Shown here: positions 25,896 to 34,890 of the stretch, piece after piece | Position numbering within the stretch: the stretch's first letter is position 1 | How the letters are laid out: the number at the start of each line of letters is the position of its first letter | Source: a virus | Taxonomy: Duplodnaviria; Caudoviricetes | IMG/VR virus record: IMGVR_UViG_3300014205_000200 | Coordinates: 25,162 to 89,161 of that record | DNA: 64,000 nucleotides | Strand: one strand, 5' to 3' | The notes under the pieces: generated by a model | Databases searched by the model: none | What the model was told of the DNA's origin: nothing | Seen by the model: the letters and a program-made list of their open reading frames with translations, nothing else | Position numbers and translations under genes: made by a program

Positions 25896-26275
25896 TCGCC
25901 GAGGACGTGCGGGGGTTCTTGCGACGGAATCGGGGCGAGTGGTCGACGACCGAATTGTGGGCCGAGTTCGACTTCAGGGTCTCGAGGGACGGGCTCTGCG
26001 ATTCCCTGGCGAGGTTGGAGCGGGCCGGCCTGGTCGCCCGGCAACTCAGCCCGGGTGGCAAACATCCCTACCGATGGTCCTCGACCGAAGCCGACACCCG
26101 GCCGCCGCTTACGCACGATCTCCATCCAGCGGACGGTCGCACGCGGGAGCAGGTGTGGGATTCGATCCAGCGTTTTTGCGACCGTCTCCGGGCCGCTACT
26201 GGCGTGGTCGATGTTCGTGAGGGGAAGATGGCGTCGGATGAAGACAAGCCTGAGCGTAGAGGGGCCGACGGTTGA
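25892..26275 (+). CDS. winged-helix DNA-binding protein
   Basis: STTELWAEF...LCDSLARLERAGLV...YRW. Confidence 0.55.
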   Translation: MIAEDVRGFLRRNRGEWSTTELWAEFDFRVSRDGLCDSLARLERAGLVARQLSPGGKHPYRWSSTEADTRPPLTHDLHPADGRTREQVWDSIQRFCDRLRAATGVVDVREGKMASDEDKPERRGADG

Positions 26276-26651
26276 AGACGGCCCGGTAGAGATCGTGGGG
26301 GTCAGCCGAGGGTCGTGGACGATCGTCCCGCACCAACCCGAGCCTGACCCCTACGCTGAGTTGCTGCGACTCGTAGACGATCCGGATCTGGTCGCACTCG
26401 CCCCTGAGTTGACGCCGGCCGATCGGGCCCGGTTCCTGTTGTCCGGGATCCGGCAGGCCGCCCGGGGCGGTCCGAAGCGAGTTCCCCACCCGGGTGCGGT
26501 GCCGATCGTCGAGGCGGCCCGCCGGTTCGTCGAGACGATCAACCGGATCAAGCCACCACTCGAGACGATGAAGTCCCTTCAAGACGAACCGGTCGACCCC
26601 GCCAGCTGGTCGGAGCTGGCGAAGCTGGCGAAAAATGAGGAGCCCGAATGA
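26238..26651 (+). CDS. hypothetical protein
   Basis: GGGAAGAT box 8 nt upstream. Confidence 0.55.
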   Translation: MKTSLSVEGPTVEDGPVEIVGVSRGSWTIVPHQPEPDPYAELLRLVDDPDLVALAPELTPADRARFLLSGIRQAARGGPKRVPHPGAVPIVEAARRFVETINRIKPPLETMKSLQDEPVDPASWSELAKLAKNEEPE

Positions 26652-26842
26652 CGCAAGCCGAGAAGTCCCAGCTGGCCCGAGAGATCTTCCTGATGCGGTT
26701 GGCGTCGCTTCCTCCGGGGGAAGGGCTCCAGCAGCACCGCCAGCAGATCGACGACGAGGCCGAGCTGGCCGCCTACGCGGTCGAGTCGTTGGCGATTTCG
26801 TTGGACGTCTACGGGGAGCGGTCGGATGCCGGCGGCGAGTGA
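26648..26842 (+). CDS. small hypothetical protein
   Basis: GAGGAG SD, ATGA overlap. Confidence 0.55.
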   Translation: MTQAEKSQLAREIFLMRLASLPPGEGLQQHRQQIDDEAELAAYAVESLAISLDVYGERSDAGGE

Positions 26843-26946
26843 TCTGTACCTGAGCTTCTGGATCTTCGCCTCGGGCTTTTCGGCCGGGATGGCGACCGTG
26901 GTGGGATTGCTTCTCTACGCTCTCTTCCGTACCAATATCGGAATCG

Positions 26947-27756
26947 ATGTCGATCCCGATCAAGCTCGCCCCCCTACCGCTATGGACCGACCGTTGGGAC
27001 GAAGCGGCCCTGAGGGAACGGCATCGTCGCAACCCTCGCCAGTTCGCCCGGGGGTTCTTCATGCAGGCGATGGTCGACGGCGAGAACACGTTTCCGTCGT
27101 TCGAGAAGTGCCGCCAGCCGGGCCTAGTGCTCGGCGATCTGATCCGCAATAGCTGGCCCTGCTTCACGGGCGTGGACCTGTCGTCGACCAAGCGACCCGG
27201 AAACGCGATCGTCACCGTCAAGCTCGACCCGATCCAGAAGCGACGCTTCCCGGTCGACATTCGGTTCGGGCGCTGGCGATCGAACGAGCTGTGCGAGGCC
27301 ATCCAGCAGGTCAACAACCAGTTCCACCCGGCCGTCATCATGGTCGAGAACAACGGCTACCAGGAGTCGCTGATCGACTGGGTGGGCGACCAGAAGAACC
27401 GGTTCGACTTTTGGATGAAGGTCGAACCGACCACCACCACGAGCGGCACCAAGGCCCACGCCGACATCGGGCTCCCCGGTTTGGAGGTGGAGTTCGCCCA
27501 CGGTGCCTGGTCGATCCCCTATTCGGAGTACGAGCACCTGACGGGCGGGGAGGGGATCGGTGCCACGAACGAGGACGAGGACGAAGAGGACGGCGCGCCC
27601 GGAACGCTGCACTCCGACTGGCGGGCCCGCCAGTGGGCCCGATGGGACTATGAGTTTCGCCATCACCCGATGGCGGCCACCAACGACGGCGTGATGGCGA
27701 CCTGGTTCGCCCGGCAGGGGATCGAGCTATATAGCGGCTACCTCCAGCCCGGGTGA
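26947..27756 (+). CDS. terL: terminase large subunit, C-terminal RNase H-like nuclease domain as a separate gene
   Basis: begins with linker-like PLWTDRW...F..FMQ; then GVDLS, VENNGYQ, GLPGLEVEF, TNDGVMATWFA; upstream in-frame stop at 26851-26853. Confidence 0.8.
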   Translation: MSIPIKLAPLPLWTDRWDEAALRERHRRNPRQFARGFFMQAMVDGENTFPSFEKCRQPGLVLGDLIRNSWPCFTGVDLSSTKRPGNAIVTVKLDPIQKRRFPVDIRFGRWRSNELCEAIQQVNNQFHPAVIMVENNGYQESLIDWVGDQKNRFDFWMKVEPTTTTSGTKAHADIGLPGLEVEFAHGAWSIPYSEYEHLTGGEGIGATNEDEDEEDGAPGTLHSDWRARQWARWDYEFRHHPMAATNDGVMATWFARQGIELYSGYLQPG

Positions 27757-27770
27757 GAACGCGCGTTCTC
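27755..27770. repeat. 16-bp palindrome copy 8
   Basis: exact match overlapping the TGA of TerL-C; GGGAAGAT box shortly after. Confidence 0.95.
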
Positions 27771-27793
27771 GCCCCCGGGGGGAAGATGGGGGC

Positions 27794-28285
27794 ATGGTTG
27801 ATGTGATGGTCTTCGGGGTCGCGTTGGTGGCGATCGGGTTCGCGGTTGTCCGCTTGTTGAAGCGGGTCCGGTCGGACATTTGGCTGGGCGACCTGTGCTA
27901 CATGCGGCGGTGGAAGTTTATGCCTGAGCGGTGGCCCGGGTTCCGGGTCCATCAGATCCTCCTGCCCGACACCGATCGGGAGCTGCACGATCACCCGTTC
28001 TCGTTCGTGTCGTTCGTCCTGTGGGGCGGCTACTGGGAGGAGCGGCCGAGTGGGCTGGGCTACGGAACGGTCCGGGCGTGGCATGGCCCGGGGTCGCTTC
28101 TGTTCCGCCGGGCCGAGGACCTTCATCGGCTCGACTTGAAGCGGCCGGCCTGGACGTTCGTCTTGCGTGGCCGATATCGGCGCGAGTGGGGCTTCCTCAC
28201 CCGTGACCGCGGGTGGGTGCCTTGGCATCAGTTTCGATCGGTTGCCGATCCGGCGCCCGGCCGGGCGGAAAGCAGCTTTCGATGA
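27794..28285 (+). CDS. cupin-fold phage protein
   Basis: LHDHPFSFVSFVLWGGYWE...HRL...WTF. Confidence 0.65.
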   Translation: MVDVMVFGVALVAIGFAVVRLLKRVRSDIWLGDLCYMRRWKFMPERWPGFRVHQILLPDTDRELHDHPFSFVSFVLWGGYWEERPSGLGYGTVRAWHGPGSLLFRRAEDLHRLDLKRPAWTFVLRGRYRREWGFLTRDRGWVPWHQFRSVADPAPGRAESSFR

Positions 28286-28728
28286 GTCCGGTCTTCGACC
28301 TCACGCACGCGCTCACGCTCTGGCGCCCGGTCGCGAGCGCGATGGTGCACGGGCCGAAGCAGATCGAGAACCGGGGTTGGGCGCCCCCGATGAAGTTCCT
28401 CGATCGTCGGATCTGGATCCACGCCGGATTGCGGTGGGACGAGCCGCTCGCCGACTTCGTGAGGGCCCGATGGCCCGAGGTCGACCAGACGCCGAACCCG
28501 GGCGGCTACATCATTGGGCACGCCCGGATCGCCGGGTGGGTGTGGCGCGAGAAGGAGCCGAAGGTCGTCGGTCTGGCGACGCCGGATCTGATCGACTCGC
28601 CGTGGTTCATCGGGCCCTACGGCTGGCTGCTGACCGAACGAACGCCGTTGTACCGGCCGGTGCCGGCTCAGGGACATCAGAAGCTTTGGCTGGTTGATGC
28701 CGCCACTAGGGCGCGATGCCGCCACTAG
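28282..28728 (+). CDS. ASCH-domain protein
   Basis: ALTLWRPVASAMVHGPKQIENRGW, IWIHAG, GPYGWLL, AQGHQKLW. Confidence 0.8.
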   Translation: MSPVFDLTHALTLWRPVASAMVHGPKQIENRGWAPPMKFLDRRIWIHAGLRWDEPLADFVRARWPEVDQTPNPGGYIIGHARIAGWVWREKEPKVVGLATPDLIDSPWFIGPYGWLLTERTPLYRPVPAQGHQKLWLVDAATRARCRH

Positions 28729-28733
28729 GGCGC
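28696..28733 (+). repeat. 19-bp tandem duplication
   Basis: GATGCCGCCACTAGGGCGC x2. Confidence 0.9.
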
Positions 28734-28782
28734 GGCTTCCAGCTTGGTTGACGGTCTGTCGGCTATCTGGTCTTGATGGCGC

Positions 28783-29334
28783 GTGGACGTCGTCAACAAC
28801 GACCGGGTGTCGCTCTCGAGCCCCCAGGTGGTCGAGTTGGAGATCCTGGTCGCGTCCGACGCGCCTTTCACCTACCAGGTCACGCTGCCGACGCCGGTCA
28901 ACGGCGGCTCCCGAACGTTCTCGGTCGAGACCGGCGCCGATCCGCTGACGACCGACGAGGTGGCGGCCCTGTTGGAGACGGTTCTGTTCAACGAGCAGAC
29001 CCCCTACGCGGTCTCGCGCGCGGGCCCGGTCATCGTCTTGGTCGGTCCGCTCGGCTTCACCTTCGAGGCGCAGCCGGGCGATCGGCTGGAGGCCCGGGTG
29101 GTGTCGGTTGGCTATAGCGGCCAGGACCTGTCGACCGGCCGGCAGATCGGGACCTGCAAGGTGATCGAGTGCCGGAACCTGTCGACCGGTCGGATGCGGC
29201 AATACTACACGCGCGACCGCGACGGAGTGGTGCTCTATCGGTGGGACGTCCTTCTCCAAGAGGAGAACACGTCCAACTATTTCGAGGTTCAGGCGGACCA
29301 GATCCTGACCCTAATCGAGAGCGCTCCCTTCTGA
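28783..29334 (+). CDS. hypothetical beta-rich protein, possibly virion-associated
   Basis: composition resembles the structural genes. Confidence 0.55.
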   Translation: MDVVNNDRVSLSSPQVVELEILVASDAPFTYQVTLPTPVNGGSRTFSVETGADPLTTDEVAALLETVLFNEQTPYAVSRAGPVIVLVGPLGFTFEAQPGDRLEARVVSVGYSGQDLSTGRQIGTCKVIECRNLSTGRMRQYYTRDRDGVVLYRWDVLLQEENTSNYFEVQADQILTLIESAPF

Positions 29335-29349
29335 CGGGAAGATGGGGCT

Positions 29350-29718
29350 ATGGCGATCAAGAACTGCGTGATCTGTGGGAAGCCGATTCCGGCCTCGTTC
29401 GGCCCCGAGGCGGTCATCTGCTCGGTTGTCTGCTCGACCGTGCTGTCCGAGACGAAGGAACGTGAGCGGGAGATCGAAGCCGACGTCCGGGAGGCCAACC
29501 GGGCGACGCTCGAAGACGACGAGCCGGCCGATGGCGAGCGGGCCGAACCCCAATCGGAGATCCCAGTTTGGATCGAGAACGCGGTCCTGATTGCCCAGCT
29601 GGCCGAAGCCCTGGCGGTCTGCGCCGACCCGAAGGTCGCGAGTGAGATCCTGTCGGTCCTGAGCGGCCGGGTGGCGTTTGCGCAGTCGGCTGCCAGCCGG
29701 GCGGTGAAGGGATGGTGA
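29350..29718 (+). CDS. Zn-finger-containing hypothetical protein
   Basis: CVIC...CSVVC; GGGAAGAT box 6 nt upstream. Confidence 0.6.
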   Translation: MAIKNCVICGKPIPASFGPEAVICSVVCSTVLSETKEREREIEADVREANRATLEDDEPADGERAEPQSEIPVWIENAVLIAQLAEALAVCADPKVASEILSVLSGRVAFAQSAASRAVKGW

Positions 29719-29933
29719 TCCACCAGTTCCGCATGCCGATCATGTTCCCGCTGGGGGAGCGTGGGAGTGAGGCCGATCGGAAAGACCTAGAGCAGCGAGC
29801 CGAGGTGAAGATGATGACCCAGATCTTCGACCAACGATATCGCCCGTTGGTCGAAACCTTCACGGTGAAGTGGAGTTCAGGTCGGGCGCTCGGGGAAGCG
29901 ACGATGATGGGCGAGAAGGAGGGCGACGAATGA
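29712..29933 (+). CDS. small hypothetical protein
   Basis: overlaps both neighbours. Confidence 0.5.
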   Translation: MVIHQFRMPIMFPLGERGSEADRKDLEQRAEVKMMTQIFDQRYRPLVETFTVKWSSGRALGEATMMGEKEGDE

Positions 29934-30298
29934 AGGCGCAGTACACGATGGGGATCGATCAAGACGGCCGGCGTCGGTGGTACGCCGAGGGCCTCGAACT
30001 AAAGGCGTTGCCGATTGAGTTCGCCCTCAAATTCGAGGCCACATGGCCGATCGGTACCCGGGTGGTGGTCGAGATGCCGGGCCCGGGTGATGATCGCCTG
30101 GAGCGGCGGTTCCGCGCCCTGTTGGAGAAGAAGGTGTCGCCGGCCGATCGGAAGCAGCCGTTGTTCGAGGAGGCGTTGAACCGGGCGGTCGGCGCCATGA
30201 TGGAGGGCAACGAGAAGGCCCGGAATCGGTTCGAGGCTCGCTTGATCGAGCTGGGGCTCGCCGTCGAGCAGCCGGACGGTGTAGATTCGGAGCTATGA
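29930..30298 (+). CDS. hypothetical protein
   Basis: AAGGAGG SD, ATGA overlap. Confidence 0.55.
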   Translation: MKAQYTMGIDQDGRRRWYAEGLELKALPIEFALKFEATWPIGTRVVVEMPGPGDDRLERRFRALLEKKVSPADRKQPLFEEALNRAVGAMMEGNEKARNRFEARLIELGLAVEQPDGVDSEL

Positions 30299-30801
30299 AT
30301 TTCGGCGATGACGCGATCGGGCGGGCGGTTGAGGCGAGCTTTCGGGCCAACAAGGCGGGGGTCGCCCCCGGGTCGCACAAGAACCGGGCCGACCCGTACG
30401 ACGTGCGACAGCACCAGGCCGACCAGGTGGGTGACGCTCGCGACCCCGATGTCTGGAAGCCGGTCATGACCTACTTCGACTTCCACTGGTTTGAGCCCGC
30501 GCACCTGACCGCCCGGGTGGGGCCGATCCGCTACACGCCGAGCGATCTCCCCGATGTGTTGGACCAGTACGGCCGGCCGGTGAAGATCGAAGGCATCCAC
30601 CTCGAGAAGCCCCACGAGGTCGGCCAGTGGCGGAACGACCTCCAGTCCGACAGCTGGCGGGTTCCGGAGCAGCTCAAGATGGCGTTCACCCACCACGATC
30701 TGGCGACGCTCTACCGAACCCCCGAGCAGTTCTACGACTTCTTCATGGGCCAGATCCGGAGGCTCCGCGCCCAACGGGCCGGTCTGGTCCTTCCGCGCTG
30801 A
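30295..30801 (+). CDS. hypothetical protein
   Basis: GGAG SD, ATGA overlap. Confidence 0.6.
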   Translation: MNFGDDAIGRAVEASFRANKAGVAPGSHKNRADPYDVRQHQADQVGDARDPDVWKPVMTYFDFHWFEPAHLTARVGPIRYTPSDLPDVLDQYGRPVKIEGIHLEKPHEVGQWRNDLQSDSWRVPEQLKMAFTHHDLATLYRTPEQFYDFFMGQIRRLRAQRAGLVLPR

Positions 30802-30842
30802 ACCGCTATCCGGGGGGCGCCCGGTCGGTGTAGCTTCGTCCC

Positions 30843-32930
30843 GTGGAAAACGTCGATCTCTCCTTTGGCGGCACTCGGTTTCCGAGGGCTCAGGAGGTGC
30901 GTCGCTACCTGTACGGTTCGGGATCGCAGGGACTCAGCCCGCGGTTCCGCCATCTGCACCGGCTCGACACCTACTACCGGGGCCAGGAATACGACGGGTT
31001 GAAGTACACGTGGGATGGGTTCAACGCGGACGACGCCGAGGGGCTCTCGGCCAAGAGCGCGACCCCGTTCGGCTTCAGCCGGATGGACATCCCACTTCAC
31101 GCCAGGAAGCCTTCGATCAGTCTTCGGTTGACCCCGTTGGTGGTCGAGCGGTTCACCGATCTGCTGTTCAGCAACGAACGCAAGCCGAAGATCCGAGTCG
31201 AGGATGACCCCGACAGCGAGGACTTCCTGAAGGCGGTCGTCGAGCAGGCTCACTTCTTCCGGTCGATGGTGGAGGCCCGGAACTACGGCGGGGCGATGGG
31301 ATCGGCTCTGGTTACGGTTCACCTTCGAGAGGGCCGGTTCATCTTTAAGGCGCACTCGCCCAAGATGGTGCAGGAGGTCGTCTGGAAAGACGCGGACCTT
31401 CGGATCCCCGAGGGGGTGTTGATTCAGTACCAGTACTTCGAGGGCCGCGAGATGTTGGACTCGAAGACCGGGGCTCCGACCGGCCAGGTGAAGCAGGTCC
31501 CCTTCCTGTTCCGCCGAATCATCGACGACGAGATGGACATCACGTTCAAGCCCACCGAGATCGTCGGGGGCGAGCTGCCGAATCCCGAGGTCGATCTCCT
31601 GAAGACCTACCGCCACAACCTGGGCCGCTTCCCCGGCTTCTGGATTCAGAACCTCCCGTCGAGCGAAGACCTCGATGGTCTGTGCGACGTCGACAGCCTC
31701 CACGAAGACATGGAGGTGATCGACCGACAGATCAGCCAGAGCAATTCCGGTCTTTTGAAGAACCAGGATCCGACGTTGGTGATCGCTCGTGACCGGAAGA
31801 ACGTTCAGTTCGGCATCCCCCTGCGGAAGGGTTCCGACAACGCGCTCGAGGTCGGCACCGGCGGTTCGGCCCAGTACCTGGAGATCGGCGGCGCCGGCAT
31901 TCAGGCCGCAGCTGAGTTCGTTCGATCGATGAAGAACGCCGTGTTGGACAAAGCGGGCGCCGTCATCGTGGACCCGGAGAAGATCAGCGGGGCGGCCCAG
32001 AGCGCCAAGGCGATCGAGTTCATCTACGGTCCTATGCTGGCCAAGGCAGATCGGCTGCGGGACCAGTACGGCGAGGCGATTATCGAGTTGCTGACGATCG
32101 TCCTGCTGCTGGCGCGCGAGTTCAAGAAGCCGACCAACTACCAGGGCAACGTCGAGCCGCGATTCAAACTGACCAACCGGGTGGAGATCGACGACGAGTC
32201 CGGTGAGATTCTGTCGTCGGAGCCACGCGATCCGGGGGCGGGCGAGCGGGTGACGCTCAAGTGGGGTGCCTACTTCTCCAAGACGCCGACCGACATCCAG
32301 TCGGAGGTCGGCACCCTGTCGGTCGCCAAGCAATCGCGAATGATCGACAACGAGACGGCGGTGCGGATGTGCTGCGAGCTGTTGGGTATCGATGATGTCG
32401 ATGCCGTCCTCGAGCGGCTAGAGACCGATCGCCAGCAGGACAGCCTGATCGCCAGCGACGCTGAGGGCGGCGGGTTCTATCCGGTGGCCGAGCCGGCGGA
32501 CGGCGGTGAGGGCGACGAACCGGCCGATGAAGGCGGGGAGGTGCCCCCGGGCGGTCCTGAAGCCCCGGATCCGGGCCCAGGTGAGGCGTCGCCCGACGGC
32601 GCCCCCGCGGCCGAGCCCGACATGCAGGCGAGGGCCCAGGAGATCTTGGACCGGCACAAGGAGCTGGCCGACCAGCCGGCCGAGGCCGGGGGTGCCGATC
32701 TGGCGTCCATCGTGGGGAAGTCGGGGGACCGGGAGTACAACGGTGCCCAGATCGCCAGCGCGATGGAGGTGGTCAAAGGTGTCGCCGCCGAGGAGATCCC
32801 GCGGGACTCCGGCATCGCCTTCTTGGTCATCATGTTGGGCCTCACCGAGTCGGCCGCCGAGGCCGTCATGGCGGAGGTCGGGAAGTCGTTTGTCGCCAAG
32901 GCACCCGCTCCGCCTCCGTACGGCGGGTAG
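30843..32930 (+). CDS. portal protein (SPP1 gp6-like) with an acidic linker and C-terminal helical extension
   Basis: first gene of the head cluster; YYRG, LVVERFTDLLFS, SGAAQSAKAIEF, SRMIDNETAV. Confidence 0.8.
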   Translation: MENVDLSFGGTRFPRAQEVRRYLYGSGSQGLSPRFRHLHRLDTYYRGQEYDGLKYTWDGFNADDAEGLSAKSATPFGFSRMDIPLHARKPSISLRLTPLVVERFTDLLFSNERKPKIRVEDDPDSEDFLKAVVEQAHFFRSMVEARNYGGAMGSALVTVHLREGRFIFKAHSPKMVQEVVWKDADLRIPEGVLIQYQYFEGREMLDSKTGAPTGQVKQVPFLFRRIIDDEMDITFKPTEIVGGELPNPEVDLLKTYRHNLGRFPGFWIQNLPSSEDLDGLCDVDSLHEDMEVIDRQISQSNSGLLKNQDPTLVIARDRKNVQFGIPLRKGSDNALEVGTGGSAQYLEIGGAGIQAAAEFVRSMKNAVLDKAGAVIVDPEKISGAAQSAKAIEFIYGPMLAKADRLRDQYGEAIIELLTIVLLLAREFKKPTNYQGNVEPRFKLTNRVEIDDESGEILSSEPRDPGAGERVTLKWGAYFSKTPTDIQSEVGTLSVAKQSRMIDNETAVRMCCELLGIDDVDAVLERLETDRQQDSLIASDAEGGGFYPVAEPADGGEGDEPADEGGEVPPGGPEAPDPGPGEASPDGAPAAEPDMQARAQEILDRHKELADQPAEAGGADLASIVGKSGDREYNGAQIASAMEVVKGVAAEEIPRDSGIAFLVIMLGLTESAAEAVMAEVGKSFVAKAPAPPPYGG

Positions 32931-32969
32931 CCGTTGCCACCCGGTCGTGGGGATCGGTATAGTGCCGAA

Positions 32970-33548
32970 ATGGGCAACCGATTCCGCGACTGGGCCAACG
33001 CAGGGAGCGATGACAGCGTCGATCTCACCTCTCGTCTTCGCCGTTCGGCCCCGGTCGTCCAGGCGGAACCGGTCCCGCCGCCGTCCCCGGTCTTCCGCCC
33101 GCAAGAGCCCCAACCACCAGCTCAGCAGCTGGTCGACCCTCGTGGCTTCACGGCCGGAAGCCGGCCGATCGTCGGGATGTCGCAGCCCCGGCCGGACGGT
33201 CGGATGCAGGGGGTCTTCACGACTCCGGTGCTGGAGACCTGCTACATCGTGAAGGCGGGTGGCCACGACAGCTACAAGGAGCTGATGGCCCAGCTGCCCG
33301 ATCTGACGAACGGCCAGGACTTCTCCGATGGCGTCGACGCGATGGCGCTCCCCGGCATCCCGGAGTTCGCCGAGATGCGGGATTGGACCGACGGTGCCCG
33401 GTACTACACGGGCGCGACGGACCGTCGGGCGAAGGAGTCGCTCGGCGACGTGATTCAGCGTCGCTACGGCGACAATGTCGGCAACATCCGGCAGTCCCGG
33501 GCATCCCGGATCGCCTCGACCGGATCGCCTCCTAATCGGAACCGCTGA
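32970..33548 (+). CDS. hypothetical protein
   Basis: TATAGT-N6-ATG leaderless start. Confidence 0.6.
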   Translation: MGNRFRDWANAGSDDSVDLTSRLRRSAPVVQAEPVPPPSPVFRPQEPQPPAQQLVDPRGFTAGSRPIVGMSQPRPDGRMQGVFTTPVLETCYIVKAGGHDSYKELMAQLPDLTNGQDFSDGVDAMALPGIPEFAEMRDWTDGARYYTGATDRRAKESLGDVIQRRYGDNVGNIRQSRASRIASTGSPPNRNR

Positions 33549-34642
33549 TGGCCGGGCCGTCGGATCCAAAGAAGAAGCCCGAGCGGCCGTCGGTGGCGGC
33601 CCGGGTCGCCAAGGCGGTGGTCAAGAAGACGGTGAGCCGGAAGGCGCAGGCGCGCGACAAGCGGGTCGGGCGCGGCAGCTTGGCGGCGAAGCTAATCGGC
33701 GCCCACGCGAAGCAGCTCGAACGGCAGATCGAAGTGCACGGGGTGGCCGGTCTGGCGCCGTTGTACCGAGATGCGAAGGCCGAGCTGGTGGCCCGGTTGG
33801 CCCGACTGGGCGGCAAGTCGAAGCCAAGCCAGGCGGAGATCCAAGCGATGATCCGGCAAGCAGAAGCGGTCATCCAGACGCTGGGTGAGCGCCAGGGCGG
33901 CGTGCTGAAGGGCGTCAGCAGTCGGGTGGTCGAGATGGGGGTCGAGCAGGCGGCCGAGGAGTACCGACAGATGAGCCGCCGGATTTCCGGCACGACGCCG
34001 GTTCTTGATCTCGAGCGAGGTTCCCAGCTGAGGGGTCTGGTCCGCGACGTCGACAGCTCGTTGCTCCGGCGCCACAGCATTCAGATCGGAACCTGGACCC
34101 AGAATGCCGTGCTGGGGATGGAGCAGAACCTGTCGGTCGGCTTCATGTCGGGGAAGCCGGTCTACTCGATGATCGAAGACCTGATGGCCGAGAACGGTCT
34201 AATGGCGAGCGAGCGCTACAAAGCCGAGCGGATCGTCCGGACGGAGGGCTCGTTCAGCCACGGGACGGCCCGGTTCAACGCCATCCGCCGGGCGCGGGAT
34301 GAGCTGGGCGACGAGAAGATGCAGAAGCGGCTGGTCGAGACGTTCGACGATCGGACGGGCGACGACTCCTTCCTACTTCACGGTCAGACGGTTCCGGTCG
34401 ATCAGCCGTTCACCTACAAGTTCAAGAGCCAGGGCTCTTGGATGGTGAAGCTGTACCAGCACCCGCCCAACCGACCCAACGACCGAGCGGTCGTGATCGC
34501 CTGGGATCCGACGTGGAGCGAGACCGATATCGACCGAGCGTTGACGATCCCCGAGTTGTTGGTCGCACCTCCGACCCGTTGGCGCGCCACCCCGGGGGTG
34601 AAGATCCCGCCGGGCCATCGCCCCGGGCGTCCGTACCGCTGA
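33548..34642 (+). CDS. minor head/head morphogenesis protein (SPP1 gp7 / Mu gpF family)
   Basis: KAERIVRTE, DDRTGDD...LHGQ, HPPNRPNDR. Confidence 0.85.
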   Translation: MAGPSDPKKKPERPSVAARVAKAVVKKTVSRKAQARDKRVGRGSLAAKLIGAHAKQLERQIEVHGVAGLAPLYRDAKAELVARLARLGGKSKPSQAEIQAMIRQAEAVIQTLGERQGGVLKGVSSRVVEMGVEQAAEEYRQMSRRISGTTPVLDLERGSQLRGLVRDVDSSLLRRHSIQIGTWTQNAVLGMEQNLSVGFMSGKPVYSMIEDLMAENGLMASERYKAERIVRTEGSFSHGTARFNAIRRARDELGDEKMQKRLVETFDDRTGDDSFLLHGQTVPVDQPFTYKFKSQGSWMVKLYQHPPNRPNDRAVVIAWDPTWSETDIDRALTIPELLVAPPTRWRATPGVKIPPGHRPGRPYR

Positions 34643-34680
34643 CCTTGATAGAGACCCGGCCGGCCCTGTAGAGCTAGTGG

Positions 34681-34887
34681 GTGGATCCAGCCAACCGGGA
34701 TTGGATGCTGGCGCTGGCGGGTGCGATCGAAAGACTCGAGCGCGATGGCGCCTACGCGAGCGTGACGCTGCTGGTCGACGGCGGCGACATCGTCCGGGTG
34801 AAGGTCGAGCGAAGTGCCAAGACGATCGAGGAGCTTGCGCGGTTCGGCCAGCCGTCGGTAGGCTCCGCCACGAACAAGGGAGATTGA
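34681..34887 (+). CDS. small hypothetical protein
   Basis: TTGATA-N18-TAGAGC-N6-GTG. Confidence 0.5.
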   Translation: MDPANRDWMLALAGAIERLERDGAYASVTLLVDGGDIVRVKVERSAKTIEELARFGQPSVGSATNKGD

Positions 34888-34890
34888 ACC

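Noticed and set aside
12780-27000. Split intein or group I/II intron joining the TerL halves
   Set aside because: No intein N-terminal Cys/Ser block or C-terminal His-Asn, and no intron-like structure or maturase at either junction; the HNH at 14665 is 1.8 kb from the break. RNA-level joining is untested, not disproved.
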